A stretch of DNA of 54,228 nucleotides from Callorhinchus milii. Its lineage: Eukaryota. Within the stretch, counting starts at the first letter, position 1, and every line of letters begins with the position of its first letter. The notes beneath the pieces were generated by a model. The model was not told the DNA's origin, ran no database searches, and saw only the letters and a list, made by a program, of their open reading frames with translations. This document shows, in pieces, positions 38,401 to 51,320 of the stretch. The translations under genes were made by a program, and so were the position numbers. The stretch is taken from assembly GCF_018977255.1 (NCBI RefSeq), contig NW_024705328.1:1-54228 (forward strand), written 5' to 3'.

Positions 38401-41400
38401 GAATCATACTGTCCAATGCTTCCTCCCGGCTGCGGAAACCAAAGCACGTTTCTAACGGCGCAGGGCGAGGTTAGCGGTAAACAACTTCGGCCTTAGGTTA
38501 GCACGAGCTTGTGGTTGCCGACATCACAACGTCCTCCACTAGGTGCCCTTTCAAAATGTCTGCGAATCCCGCCCAACCATCCGCCTTCACCATTCGTTGA
38601 GTCGGGGAGTCGTGGACAGACTAGCGGCGTCTCTCGGTTTCCTTTAATTTGAAAAAAGCAGTGGGACGGTAGCACCGGGAGCGGCATGCATTACGGACCT
38701 GTTAAGCGGGTTCTCCAGAAGTCTACGTCCTTCACGAAGGCGTTGACAGCAGCTAGAGGGAAGCGTAGGCGGGTTACGGAGGCGTTCTACACCTGACATT
38801 TCTATGTCTGCAACCTTCCTGATCCAACCTTCGCCCGCATGTTCTTGTATGGCTTATAACCATACTTTGTTGGATTCAATCGTAGTGACCAGACAAAATA
38901 GACAGAGCGAAGTCGTTGGTCCATTTACCCCGTATGAGGAAAATCTTTTAACAGTAGCATATGCAGCGTCTGAGAACTTAGTCAGGGGCAACGTCATAGA
39001 CGTTCTCTAAAAAATAAATAGGGTGACCTTCTGAGTTGATTGTACTAGGTGCCAACGTGGGGTCGTGCCAATTTACAGTGCTTTCGTGTTGGATTGCAGG
39101 CGGGTCGAGACATATCCTTCTCAACGCCAAAAAGTTGTCATCCTGTTGGCTGCGAAGATCGCCTCGTTTTTCTTATGGGAGCACTTACATCGTAGCAGCA
39201 TCCTCGGATAACGGGAGATACTGTGTTGATGGTCTTCAATCAGTAGTTCGGAAGGCACAATCTGGTTCCCAAAGCAACTCGTCCTCCACTATCACGGTAT
39301 CTAAGGCCACAGATATAGTTAATTGGGGGCGGCGTACCACGGGTTATCCCAAAGGATTGCGTCGGTCGACTGCACTCGGCGTATCAGGAGGACGTCTAGG
39401 AGACTATAATGCTACACAGTCTTGCCCCGGGGGCAAGGACCAAAGAGTCCTGCGGACCTGTCATCTACTCCCGGCTCCTCGACTACTGTGGTCCGAGACA
39501 TATGAGGGATTTAGGTCGGAACCTCCGAAGAACCGAACTTTCCAATCGGCAACACATTCGTCTTGGAGTCAAGTAAACGTCGGCCGGGGGGCGGCAAACG
39601 TCCCCATGGCAATCTCGTAAAACTTTGCCGGGGTTTTGACCAACTCTCGTGCTATACAAAGACCATGGAGGACCCTGACCAAGTATTTACGCAAACCTAG
39701 GTAAGCGCCAATTTTATCACAAGGGTCATATCCTGTCCCCTCAACGGTTTGTTTACGTTATTCTTGAGCACAAGATCGGATAGTGGGAGTAAGCAGGTTC
39801 TGCTCGAGTAAGCCCAGGACAGGTCGTATCTCTTACGGTCCGGATGAGTCTTTGTGGGACGACTCGGTGGGAAATTAAAGTGAAATGAAGACGTAGGGTA
39901 AGTGCTATTTCTTGGATAATCCAGGTAACCGCCGGCCCTGTAAGTAAATATACATACCCGTAGCTGGGCTTACCTTAGCGCTGGCCAGGCGAACGAGGCG
40001 GAAAAAACGGCCGAGCTCAAGTCTTATATCCCAGCGCCTGAATTCCATAAATTTATCAAATCGGCGTATCGTGGTGTCCATCAGCAGACATTGTCATATT
40101 TAATAGCGACTTAAAAGTCGGCTTCGCCAAACGCCTTACAGATCAATGTAACCCGCCAGACATGTTCAAGTACAGTAAGTTCTGATATTACATTATATTG
40201 TTAGCCGAACTACAGCCTACAGGTTTGTGAAGGTCTACCAACACAACTAAGGAGTAAAGTCATGCCGACATATTCCGCTAGTGTTGCCTTACAGACAGCT
40301 AGCGCTGTCGGTTACATAAGCGTGTTAGCCAGACGCAGATCCCAGGTCATGATGTTTAGCAATAAAGACCGAGATCCCAGTACCGTATTTAGGAGGTCGG
40401 TATAATTATCGATCGCAGTGCCTTGAAACGATGTCTTACTCTCAAGTACCCTGGAGCTCGCTTGTGGTCTCAGCCTGATATTGAGCGCGAAAAGGTGATT
40501 GTTTAGCGGTCTCTGTATAAAGTCGGGTGCAAAGTGTGTCGTCTGCCCGATAAGTTTGTCACACAGTTTTACAGTGCTGGAGACGTTGAGCGGAGCTGCG
40601 CTTGGACCAGTTTAAGTTCTGAACAATGTCCCGGAGGGGACGCAGGACTTGGGACATTGTCCACGGTTTCGTTGGTTTCAAATAGGAAAATAAAGGTCGT
40701 CAACATGAAGCGAATAGACGGATTTCGGGTGTAGGATACAGCGGGGTTCCTCGACCACCTACTAGGGGCTCAGACGGCATGTGTGAGGAGGTACGCGGAC
40801 GGAGGCCACATCCACGGCATAGAGACAATCCAGCGGGACAATGGGGGGCCAAAAAGGGTTGAAGCAGATCCAGAAACACATGGTAGTCTCGCGTGCCTTT
40901 CACGAAGCGATATAACGGCCGTTCCCAACGATGGTACCTTCACGCTTGGATGTTACGCACATACCCCACGATAAAGGTGCGTCGCGGATCCATCCTTTGC
41001 TAAGTTAGTTCCCCGACCCGGCGGGGTCTCTGAGGATTCATCTGAGGATCCCCGGAGGGTGTGGGGGGGACGCATTTGTAATCACACAAGGACCCGTAGA
41101 AAGAAATGTTGGAAAAAGGGCAGCCCGGGTGGTCAAAGGTTAGGGCTTGCAGTAGTCGCAGATCACTCTCACGCTTAGTAACCGGCCGCCCGTGTGAAGC
41201 GATCTGATGGTTGCGGTAAGCTGCGATTTTGGCCGCACGGACCCCGATCGCAGAAAAGAAGATTCTATAGATATCGAGTCACCGTAAGAATGATTACCGC
41301 TCGAATATCCACGTCGCCGACAACTCAGTTATGCCTCACTCCTGTCGAGGATACCGAACTAACCGACAAGCCGGGATGCATTACATAGATTCTGGTGTCA

Positions 41401-42659
41401 AATTGGTTGTTCCCACTCTGCGTAACAGTCGGAAGTAAGCCCGTTAAAAGATGGTTACTAGTATGCAGAGCACGATGCTGAGTCTACAGACACTTGCGCT
41501 GTCCTCACATTGGACCGCGGTCGGCCTGGCGAAGATACTCCTTGCTTGGGGCAGTTACACGCCTTAAATGCATTATAAAGTCTTCGGGGGCAGCAGCACT
41601 CTATGGTGTTGTCGCATGACATGCCTGAAGGCACGAGTAAGGTTGGGCTAAAGGACGTGCCCAAATCCCGTGCCAGATATATCCATTCCGATGAGTCTCC
41701 TACTAGCGGCACCATCACACTTGTGTTCCCGATATATATATGTTGTCAAGTGTGTTAGGGGTACGCAGCACCGGGACAGGCCAGTATAAGGCCCGAGTGA
41801 ACACGATTACTACAAAGTGGTTTGTGATAGGTGATTGGTCTTTGTTTATTAGGTCAGGTTCGTCCGCCCACTGCCACCCCGATTATAGACTTCAACACTA
41901 GACGGTTAATTTGGGCCATCGGCTTGCTATCAACTGTGAAAGCTCGCTATTAAGTCCGGATACCAAAAGGTTCTACATTCCTCTTAGTATTCTTTTCACA
42001 ATATGGCAACCTGCATGAGCCGTTAACGGCGAGATCAACTCGCCTACCATTGCGTGTTCATACTGTTTATGTGGAGCAGGAGTGACCTGAAGTCCTGATA
42101 TCACCTTTAGCTCATCAATAGGCGCCTAAGATCGTCTAAGCCTAGAACGTCCGTTGAATACGGCGGTTTACGAGGGTATGTTTTGTGGGTTGTGATACAC
42201 GATGGGGGCAGCCCCTTCACGAGGTATTGTTTGCGTCATCCGCAGTGTTCAAGATTTTGTCAAGATCTGCAGATTTTTGAAGAAACCTGCATCAAATGCG
42301 TGAGTGACCCCGCTTTTCCGTTGACACAGTGAACTTTGGAAGGCCATGAAGCGGAGCGACGACGGATGACAACACCGATATGCTCGAATCATGACCTAGA
42401 TATATACAGTCAGTCTTCTGGGATAGCACCCTTTCTAGAGAACCTGACTGGTACATCCGGTTCTCGGATACTCCTACCCAACTTCACAGTTCACGGTAGA
42501 CGAAAGATTTGTTATTTCTATTGAGTCGGGAAAGATTTAAAAGGTAGGGCTCCACTTCGCCGGGAAAGGCACGCCTTTACTATCGGTCTAGCAGCAGATG
42601 TCGAGCGGGCTCTTCTACGAAGAGGCTCTCTGTTATACCCTGTCTCGTCACCACTAAAG
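17403..42659. other. Featureless block resembling random or shuffled sequence
   Basis: By eye: near-even base use, abundant CpG and TpA, no microsatellites, no long A/T tracts, no copy of the SINEs dense in both flanks. Longest listed ORF is 194 aa and none is recognisable. Right boundary is approximate. Confidence 0.85.
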
Positions 42660-42845
42660 CCGGGCCCCGGCTGGTGCTCGAGACGCGGCATGGCCTGCAC
42701 GCTCGTCACGACGTGCTCCACCAAGCGCTCCAGGGTGGCCGCCACCTCGGCCAGCGACGGGCCGAACGTCACCCCCGGCAGGGGGGGCCCCTCGCCAGCT
42801 GCAGAGCCCCCCAATGCCAATCGGGCCCTCCGCTTCCACCGGCTC
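42660..42845 (-). CDS. Partial coding exon, probable axonemal dynein heavy chain (upstream of the 10474-10677 exon); 3' end missing
   Basis: Pyrimidine tract and acceptor ccctactccccttggtaatctgcag|; very high GC3. SRWKRRARLALGGSAAGEGPPLPGVTFGPSLAEVAATLERLVEHVVTSVQAMPRLEHQ fits the DNAH pattern F.PSL.E....L...V..IV.SV..IPR.E. No convincing donor. Confidence 0.65.
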
Positions 42846-44223
42846 CTGCAGATTACCAAGGGGAGTAGGGGGGGAACCGTGAGTTTTAACCCTTTCACTG
42901 CAAAATTTTCGTCTCTTTTGGATATTCAACAGAGTCCGGCTTGTGCGTCTTTCATCCGGCGAGCCACAGCGTCAATTGATGAAATCGACGGTCGGGTGAG
43001 AAGATAGATTCTAGGATTTTCGCGCGAGAGATGACGGCACGTGCAGCAGCCTGTGACGTGTTCCGGCCAGGTGGTGTGGCGGGCAGAACGCTCGGCTCAC
43101 TGTCAAGGTTCACTTTAGGCCATCCTCCCTCCTCAACGAGGAAAACGAGTACCACTTTGAGAGAAGTCAACATTGGTCATCCTATGGAGAGACTGGCCCC
43201 TGCAGTAAGAATGCACAAGTCACTGCAGGCTCGGGGTTGAGATGAGGAGTTCAACAACATTCCAAGATACTTTGAGCAGGGAAACACTTTGATTTTTATT
43301 TTGAATATAACCCGAGAGCACACACATAGCCTAAACATGTATTATTATAAATGTATCTTATATACATACTAACTGACTTTGGCTGACCATCCTTAATATA
43401 AGTAACAAACAATTCTAAGTCGATAAAAATAGTTTTTATTTTTCAAAAAAAGAAATTCACCTTTGAACCCAGAATTCATAGCCACCCCGACATCACAGGC
43501 CACATAGCAGTATATTGGGATGCATGAATTTGCACATGTTTTTGGGATTAACGCGAAAATACCAGAAGTGTGCGTTTTCACAGGAAAATGCAATTCTCAT
43601 GGATCGCATGTTAAGACTGCCGCTCGCTGCCAAAACACATCATGTACGATCTATTCCAGAGTGAGGTCATCCCTAAAGCGGCCAGGTGTAAACACGGCAG
43701 TAGTGGAAAACACATTTCCCAATGTCCTTGCCCTAATGGTTTCGAGATTTGGGTGTGGTTTCTCACCAACGCAATTACGATTTCGAATATTTTCATAGGG
43801 CGGCAAAACAAAATTGGAAGGCGCTGATTTGAAATTTTGAGCACAAAAAACTTGGGAATAGAAAAGCATTTAAAATTAATGAAAATGATTATTGATTGGC
43901 ACGTTTATTACTCGAGCAATTTATCTGTTTTTCACACTGGTGGATGCGGAGAAATGAGGCAGTGAGGAGGAGTGCGACTCTAATTCCTCATTTCATTAAC
44001 CGCCAGTGTCCTTGTAAATAGCGGGAAAGGTCACGTCATAGAGCAGCTTAATGGAAAAATGATTCGGCGCATTCCCAAGCGCGTAGCGGGCGCCTCGCCT
44101 GCAGCGCGGCGAGTAAATCACTATTAATTGCGATATTACACGGGCCCTGGAACCTCCCAGCACACCGAGACACGCGGTCACGTGTGGAACCGCTCACACA
44201 CGCAGCCACACGAACACATACAC

Positions 44224-44519
44224 ACAAAGAACCCCCGTGTAGCCTTAACAGACTATAGGGGGCAAGTGCCGTTCATGAGCACCTATGAAGGCCGGCACGG
44301 CACGCGAAGGGGTGGGTGGCCAGCACCACGCCCGGCCGCCTTTGTCTCCCCACTGGCGATGTTTACACATCGCACTAGGTACTCATCTGAGGCTGAGTCG
44401 ATCTAGCGGAGGGCCCAGGACCGTTCAAATAATTATTACCGGTGTAGGCCGTGGGCAGGAATCGAACCCGTGTCGCCAGGTTTGTAGCGCAGCGCGCGAA
44501 CCGCTACACTACCGCTCCC
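44224..44519 (-). mobile_element. Full-length tRNA-derived SINE (family 1)
   Basis: Minus-strand head gggagcggTAGTGTAGCGGttcgcgcgctgcgctacaaacctggcgacacgGGTTCGATTCCtgccc (A and B boxes), core tcgactcagcctcagatgagtacct, TG-rich tail. Confidence 0.92.
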
Positions 44520-44629
44520 AATACACACACACATACACACACAAACGTGCAATATATGAGGCAGATGCCGTAGCCCATAGCTCTCTAGCCAGTCCATGAG
44601 CACAAACGAGGGCAATTTATTACTGTGTA

Positions 44630-45000
44630 TAGGAATCGCAGATGTCTTCATTGCCCAGATGGTGAACTCTGCCCCAGTGTAATAAATAGTGAGCCGGACG
44701 TGATGGGCTCTGACAGATATGTGGTATTAACCCTTCATTGACTTCACACCCACAGGTCTCTTTAACGTGAAGAGATATGCCATGCACACGCCACTCACTG
44801 CCTGCATTCTCAGCGAAGAGACTGCTGTGCCAAAACCGGGAATGCGGGAGTCCTCCAAACGCGGGACTTGCACACCAGCTAGTTACAGTCAGCGCAAGCC
44901 AGCCACACTCGCCGAGACATGAAACGCCACCGATGCGTCGTCTGTGTTCATTTGACAGTTGGCTGCACAAGTTCAAATCCCAGTCAGGGGGGGGATGAAT
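44630..45000 (-). mobile_element. Possible decayed Tx1-type ORF1 (zinc knuckle) relic
   Basis: Only residual Cys/His spacing across broken frames (TCGCEVNEGLIPHIC..HHL..IC). Confidence 0.2.
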
Positions 45001-45456
45001 TTGCTCCATCGTATCTCTTGGGTCAAAAAACAACAACAAAGTACGACCTTGGAGTAAATAGTAGTCGTTTGCAAATGGGTATACTGGCCCCTGCTGTAAA
45101 GCAAATTTCCAGGTCTGGGAAAAAAGTTACCCCCTTTTCCGTTGGGACATCTGAGCCCAGGCCAGCATGATGGGGACCCTCAAAAGTGCAGGAGTGGTTT
45201 TCTGCACCAAGCCCAAAACAAAGCATGATACGCAAAGACGCGTAATAATGACACATGTCATTATTACGCGTATCCAAGAGAGCCGCACTGAGCCGTAGGC
45301 CTCTTTTTCATGAGGGTCCTGCATTCTCTTTTTTATTTTAAGATGCTCAGACAATTAATGATAAGTGTGTATTATTCTCGTGGGAGGAGACCGGAGCACC
45401 CGAGGGAGCAAAGACTCTACTCCCATACAGATGGAAACTGATGTTGATTAGTCCAC

Positions 45457-45590
45457 TTGCTGTCCTGCCTTCTCGTGGCGAGCCAGGGTATGGCACCTCG
45501 ACGCCCATGGGAAGGGAGTTTCAGAACATTTGTGTGATCCAACAACCCTCACCTCCACAGTGCTGGACTACAGACAAGCACAACCACCGC
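45457..45590. repeat. Dispersed repeat (family 3), copy 2
   Basis: Colinear with 8266-8415. Confidence 0.85.
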
Positions 45591-47540
45591 CCAGGGGGGG
45601 TCATAAAACATATGAATCTGGCGTGGGGCCAAGCAGGGCCAGGAAAGGGGCTAATCGCGTGTTCATTTTGTGTTGATGTGAGTCAGTACACTGTGAGGAC
45701 ACAATGTCACCACATCATTTACGTACGTATGTTGAACTTCTTTCGCACCGTACATAGCCAACCATGCTAATCGGAGGTGTGGCAAAGCTTGGCTTCTGCA
45801 GTGGTTAAATTCAGCTGGCCACTCTTGAGCACAACCCTGGCATGGCTTTGGTTGTGCAGTGCAAAAGAAGAGATTCAAGGTACATAAGCGTATCTCGGGA
45901 TAGTTGAGTCACCTGCCGGCCAGGGGCCAGTGACGATGATGATGGCCTCCCTACAATGGGCGTAACATTTTGCGCGCCTTTGTATTTCCATTCATCGTTG
46001 CCCTTCAGAGTTGTGATTCCAATCAAGAATGATTGTTGATCACTGTGGTGAATGCTGTGGCCACATATAATGTAAATATAGATGTAAAAACACTGATATT
46101 TTCGCACGTGATTCGATGCATGTCGTGTGAGCAATAATAATAAACAGTTGATGAATTAATGCATCATAACACCCATACTTCCTACCATAATATTGTATTC
46201 AAAATGAGCTAATCAGGAACCTTCTAGCAGCGGCGAGCCGGTGAGTGAACGGCTTATGGGGCCTTGCCAACGATGTCCTGCTACATCAGTGGCACACAAT
46301 TAAGCGCCAGGTACTAGCTCGGGAGAGCGTAGAGCCAATTATCATCACTTGCCTGCATAGTAGGACCCTCCAATTTGGACCGGAAAAGTGCGACGGTGCC
46401 AAACTCCCACGTGAACGATGCAACGGCGTTTCCCAATTCATCGTTGTGACATTAAAGCCTAATTACATTTGTCTACAACTGCCCATGCAAACTGGGTCGG
46501 CCGGATATTTTTGAATTGCGTTTCTCAGAGCCGCGAGAACGCGGGAGAGCGGCGAGGCTGGGACAGGAGAAGTGGAGATGATGTGAATGTGTCGGAGCAC
46601 TGAACTTTCACTCGGAAGGTTGTGAGTTCAAATCGCGGTCAGGGCTTCAGCCAGCATTTGGCTTCTAGCATTGATAACAATCCCTGACCACCATGTGTGG
46701 AGTCAACAGTCATTGTATCGTGGAGGCAATGGGCTCCCGTCATAGGAACGTTGAATTTCCACGAATGACTCGGGGGTCATCGTCCGAGAAAATCGGTGCC
46801 AAATGTTCACTTGTGCGTGGAGCCGTTATGACCAAAATCTGAACAAAAAATACATTTAGAAGAGTTTTCATTTCTTCATAATTCCTTTGTGAGATTTCCT
46901 AGCACGTGTAATGAATCTATGGTGTGTCATGAAGCCGAAAATTATGCGTTGATCGGAAATATAGGACAATAAAAAGAAAAGTGACTTCACGAATGTATGC
47001 ACTATGTTGGACTTCTTTCGCAATGACCACACTTCTAACGACTTTCCTGCCAAAAATGGTGTCACGTGGTGTCGAGTGACGTTCAATTTTGTAAGCCTGA
47101 AAACACGTAAATACATATATATGTTTGTAAGCCATCCACAAATCTGAATTTTTTTTAAGTGCTTCACTCATTACTTTTGTTCATTGTTGGCAAGGCACGA
47201 TGCCTTGCAACTTTTTGTGAAAGGCGCCTTATTAGTGCCCATTATTATTATTGTTTACCCTTAAAAACCAAAACTAAATTCCGAAAAATTATATCATTTT
47301 ATAAATCTGAAACACGATCTCGAGGTTGAATGGAGAAAACCCATGTCATGATCCTACTTCCTCTACTGCCTCCCCCACACAGCTCATCGCCCCTCCACGT
47401 GAGTGTCTCCCGACGATGCTGGATTACAAGCAACCACGCGGCCACGCACACGGCCACCGCACACGGCCGCACGATGGGCAAGCGATGCCTGGTCGGGGAG
47501 AGGGCCGAGAAAACGGCTGATCGCACGGCACGGTCATCTC

Positions 47541-47845
47541 GGGGCGCCACGGTGGCGAGAGGTCATCTCCGTCGCCTGGTATGCAGGAGGTCGTGGGTTC
47601 GATCCCGACAGTTACCCCTGTAGATTCGGAGTTCAGATGTCTCCCTCCCCATGCTCGCACGGATTTTCTCTAGGTCCTTCCGTTTTTCCCTCTCCGCGTT
47701 TACAAACATGCGTTTAGAGCATTTAGCCACAATAAATATTCCACGTGATAAGCGACGTCGTTGAGGTATCATTTGTGGTCAGGTCGCTTCTGGAAAAGAG
47801 CTTATCGCTCAGTGGGTTTTACCTGGTAAAATAAAAAAATAAAGG
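47541..47845 (+). mobile_element. Full-length V-SINE-like element (family 2)
   Basis: Head ggggcgccacggTGGCGAGAGGtc..GGTTCGATCCC, V-like core ggattttctctaggtccttccgtttttccc, tail acctggtaaaataaaaaaataaa. Confidence 0.85.
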
Positions 47846-48415
47846 CAAAAACGTGCCTCAGCACACAAAGCCCCAGCACCTATTGCGGATAACAGACAAG
47901 AAATACAATGGGGACATGAGGACTTTTGGTTGATGCGGCCATTGTGGGTGCAATGCAGTGGGCCAATGGAAGCCCCCACGTTGTGATTTCAGGGGGCAGC
48001 GTCTCCAGTGTGCCCCCCCCTTCACCTCTCAACCCCACCCCCCACTATCCCCATCCCCCTCCCCTACCAGCAGCCACCTGGTCCTATCACCAGAAGCAAT
48101 TTACATACAAATTTCACGTCCCTCTCCGGATTCACACACTCATTTATTTATTTATCTTGTCCAATTTCATTATTTATTTGCCTCCCTGCTTATGCGCTTA
48201 TTTATTTATTTCTTCACGCATCTAAGCATTTTATGTCAACTCGTCTCGTCGCGCCTACAAAATCCATAATCCATTTTGGAGCCACCCAGGGGTTGAGGAG
48301 ATGGCTTAACCCGGGCCAGGATTGCTTACGAGCACGGGAAGAGATTGCAGCCTGTGAAAACGTGTGCCTGGCCGGGGGCCAACGGTTGTGACAAGTCACG
48401 AATTTTAATGCGCAA

Positions 48416-48490
48416 TGGGGGGGGGGGGGGGGGGTTGAGCGGCGGAGATGGTAAAGGTGGGTGGGTGGTGGGTGGGTTGGAGCGGCGGAG
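48416..48490 (+). repeat. G-rich tract (poly-G plus GGGT repeats), G-quadruplex-prone
   Basis: Long G run followed by ggtgggtgggtggtgggtggg. Confidence 0.8.
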
Positions 48491-49544
48491 ACCCAAATTG
48501 GCCCGTTAATTGACTTCTTGAGAAACGATGCACATTTACAATGCAATCTGTCACGAGGCGCTAAACAAATTACCGCCGGCGGCCGGAGGAATTAGTCTGA
48601 TAAAAATAATGGCTCATCATACTACAGGTAGACAAGCATCATTTTTGTTCCGGAGTTTTCAAGTTATGTCCTTGGGCCCAAGGGTGGTGAGTTTCATCTT
48701 CTGGGTGTGTGTGTGTGCGCGTGTGTGCGAGCGAGCATGCATGTGTGCGTGCGTGCGTGCGGGGTTGCACTGCAATCGTGGTGACTTGGGTGAGATTTTG
48801 AGCTTGTGTCTGTCGCCTGGGCATCATCTAGGTCAACTCAGCCTCAATTGAGTAGCATGGTGAGGAACACACCACCTCCATCTTGTGTCTCTTGCCAGCC
48901 TTAATAGATGCTCGCTGACAGCCCTTGCAGCCTTTTAGCATAAAAGGCCAAGTGTGAGGTCTCTGCGGGCAAGGGCATGTTTACAGTACTTAAAGGTGCG
49001 CACGTCTGTGTGTGTGTACTTGTTATCTGTATCTGCTAAATAACGCGCAATTAAATATTATTGCGGCTTCATTGATGTCGCTTGCAAACAGACAGATCGA
49101 GGAGAGAAAACAAAAGCAGATTTATTTTGTGTCCGTTACTCGGAGGAAATACGATGCGGTTTTGTGGACTGGAAATTTGAGGGATTGTTGTTGTTGTTAG
49201 AGTGTGGACATGTTTTACTCTGTGACTCTTGAGGCCTGCCTCTCTTCATAGTTGACACTGTTTGATGTGATATCGACTACAACCGAAGGAAAGAACACTA
49301 ACAAAGAATGTAGTGGCATCTTTTTTCCCCCTGCTCTTATCCTTACTTCATCTGCACAAGTACCGTGCGTATGAAAAATGTATATTTGCAGTATGCATCT
49401 ATTTTTTGTACTAACTGTGTAACATTATAGATGGCTATTGATGAGGTAACTATTCATACACTTATTTAAACACTAGTAACCTAAAACATAAAAAATAGGG
49501 TCAGGGTGTGAAGTACGATCTTCAACTCTAACTCTGTCTCTCTG

Positions 49545-49582
49545 CTATGAAGAAGGGGCATTCCCCGAAACATCACCTATTT
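49545..49582 (+). ncRNA. Degenerate Penelope-type hammerhead relic (different family)
   Basis: aTGAAGA-A-GGGG-catt-CCCC-GAAACATC-acctat: stem II and GAAA intact, first core C mutated, stem I poor. Confidence 0.45.
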
Positions 49583-50169
49583 TATTTTATTGACTTTAAA
49601 GCCACAGCATTATTGACAAATGTGTTGCGTGCTTTTGTGAATTGGGCTTGTGAACCACTGCCAACGTAGCAACATCGCTGAATTTCATCTATGGTTACAG
49701 AATTCGCTTTTCAAATGGAACTCACAATTTACAATCCTGGCTGGGAGACAATTTAGCCATGAATGCCCACAGAGCGATAAAATGACTACCACATTGCAAA
49801 AACTCACCAGAAGTTGTCCTATGGCAGGAGACAGAATCACCTGGCTCCTGGCAAAGGATTGTGGAATGTCTGCTACTAATTTACCAGCGGTTAAGGTAGA
49901 CACAATGTAGCAGTTACTCATTTTAAGTTAAGTTGACCTAGGGAGGCTCAACCCAAGTTCACAGCCGACCAGTTCTCTGATATGTTTTCGTGCGGACTGC
50001 ACAACAGTGTACACTCCGTCTATTTTCCCAATGGTGTTGTGCACCGCCAGGAATCGAGCCCAGTCCATGAGAATTTGAGTACAGCGCGCTCACTCACGAT
50101 TTAACCACGTTTTTTTTTCCGACACACACTCACTAATGTGCACAGACACCGGCACATGCACACACACAG

Positions 50170-50468
50170 ACAAAGATCCCCCCTATAGCCTTAACAGACT
50201 GTTGTGGCAAGTGTTGTTAGTGAGAACCTATGAAGGCCAGAGCAGCACATGAGGTGGTGGGTGGCCAGCACCACACCCGGCCCCCTTCGTCTCCCCATTG
50301 CCGATGTTTTTACATCGCACCAGGTACTCATTTGAGGCTGAGTCGACCTAGGGGAAGCCCAGGAATGGTTTAGATAATTGTCACTGGTGTTGGCTATGAG
50401 CGGGAATCGAATTCGGGCCGCCGGGTTTCGTAGCGCAGCGCGCTAAACCGCTACGCTTCTCCTCCCCA
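50170..50468 (-). mobile_element. Full-length SINE (family 1)
   Basis: Colinear with 44224-44519. Confidence 0.92.
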
Positions 50469-50776
50469 TGAACACACAGACACGCGCACTCACACACACA
50501 CTCACACACACACACTCACACACACACACCTGCATCGTCTTTACTTCCTATGTTCATGTAATTAGATTGAAAGTCCCAGGGAAATGTATCATGATCATAA
50601 TCTGGCACATCCGTAGAGTCTCCAATTATAATGTACGCATATAACTCAAATGGCAGTTCACTCCCCAATACTCTGAGGGTGAATTGCATTCATGCTGTGG
50701 TCAAAGCCACAGTACAATACATTAACCCATGTTATCATGGTTTTATTACCTCCCTCACACATACACACATATATAG

Positions 50777-50935
50777 ACAAAGATCCCCTGTTTAACCCTA
50801 GAGACCATAAGGGCAAGTACTGTTGGTGAGTACCGACTAGGGAAGGCACGACGTTTGACGGGGGTGGAGTGATCAGCAGAATGACCTTTGTCTCACACAC
50901 ACACCAAGCACTCAATTAAGGCTGAGTCAACCTCG
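50777..50935 (-). mobile_element. Diverged partial SINE (family 1)
   Basis: acaaagatcccc..gggcaagtactgttggtgagtaccga..aaggctgagtcaacct. Confidence 0.75.
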
Positions 50936-51002
50936 TGTGAGCCAATGACAGGTTCAGAAACCTACTCGGCAGATTGCAATAACTACTCCACCACAAACAA
51001 GG

Positions 51003-51255
51003 ACAAAGATCCCCTGTGTAGGCCACACAGACAGGGCAAGTGCTGCTAGTGAGCACCGACGGAGGCACGTCACACAATGGGAGCGGTGTGACCGGCACCA
51101 CGCCTGGCCGCCTTTGTCTTCCCAGTGCTGATGTTTAAGGCTGAGTTGACCTCGGCGGAGGCCCATGATCAGTTTAGCTAATCACCAGCGATGTTAGTCG
51201 TCGCCGGGAATCAAACTTGGCACACCGAGTTGATAGCGGAATGCCCTCACGACTA
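51003..51255 (-). mobile_element. Diverged SINE (family 1)
   Basis: acaaagatcccctgtgtagg..gggcaagtgctgctagtgagcacc..ggctgagttgacct..gggaatcaaac. Confidence 0.8.
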
Positions 51256-51320
51256 AATCCACCTCCAGTGCGGTTGGCTACGTACGGTGCGAAAGAGGTT
51301 CAACATACATACAAATAAAA

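Noticed and set aside
39036..39620. Longest ORF in the central block (194 aa)
   Set aside because: Ser/Arg/Gly-rich composition typical of random translation, non-ATG start, no motif.
17403..42659. Endogenous virus, Polinton, CRISPR array or operon-like system in the central block
   Set aside because: No long ORFs, terminal repeats, periodic repeats or protein motifs seen on either strand.
44445..44519. tRNA gene
   Set aside because: A and B boxes are present, but this is the head of a repeated SINE. The same applies at 47541 and 50400.
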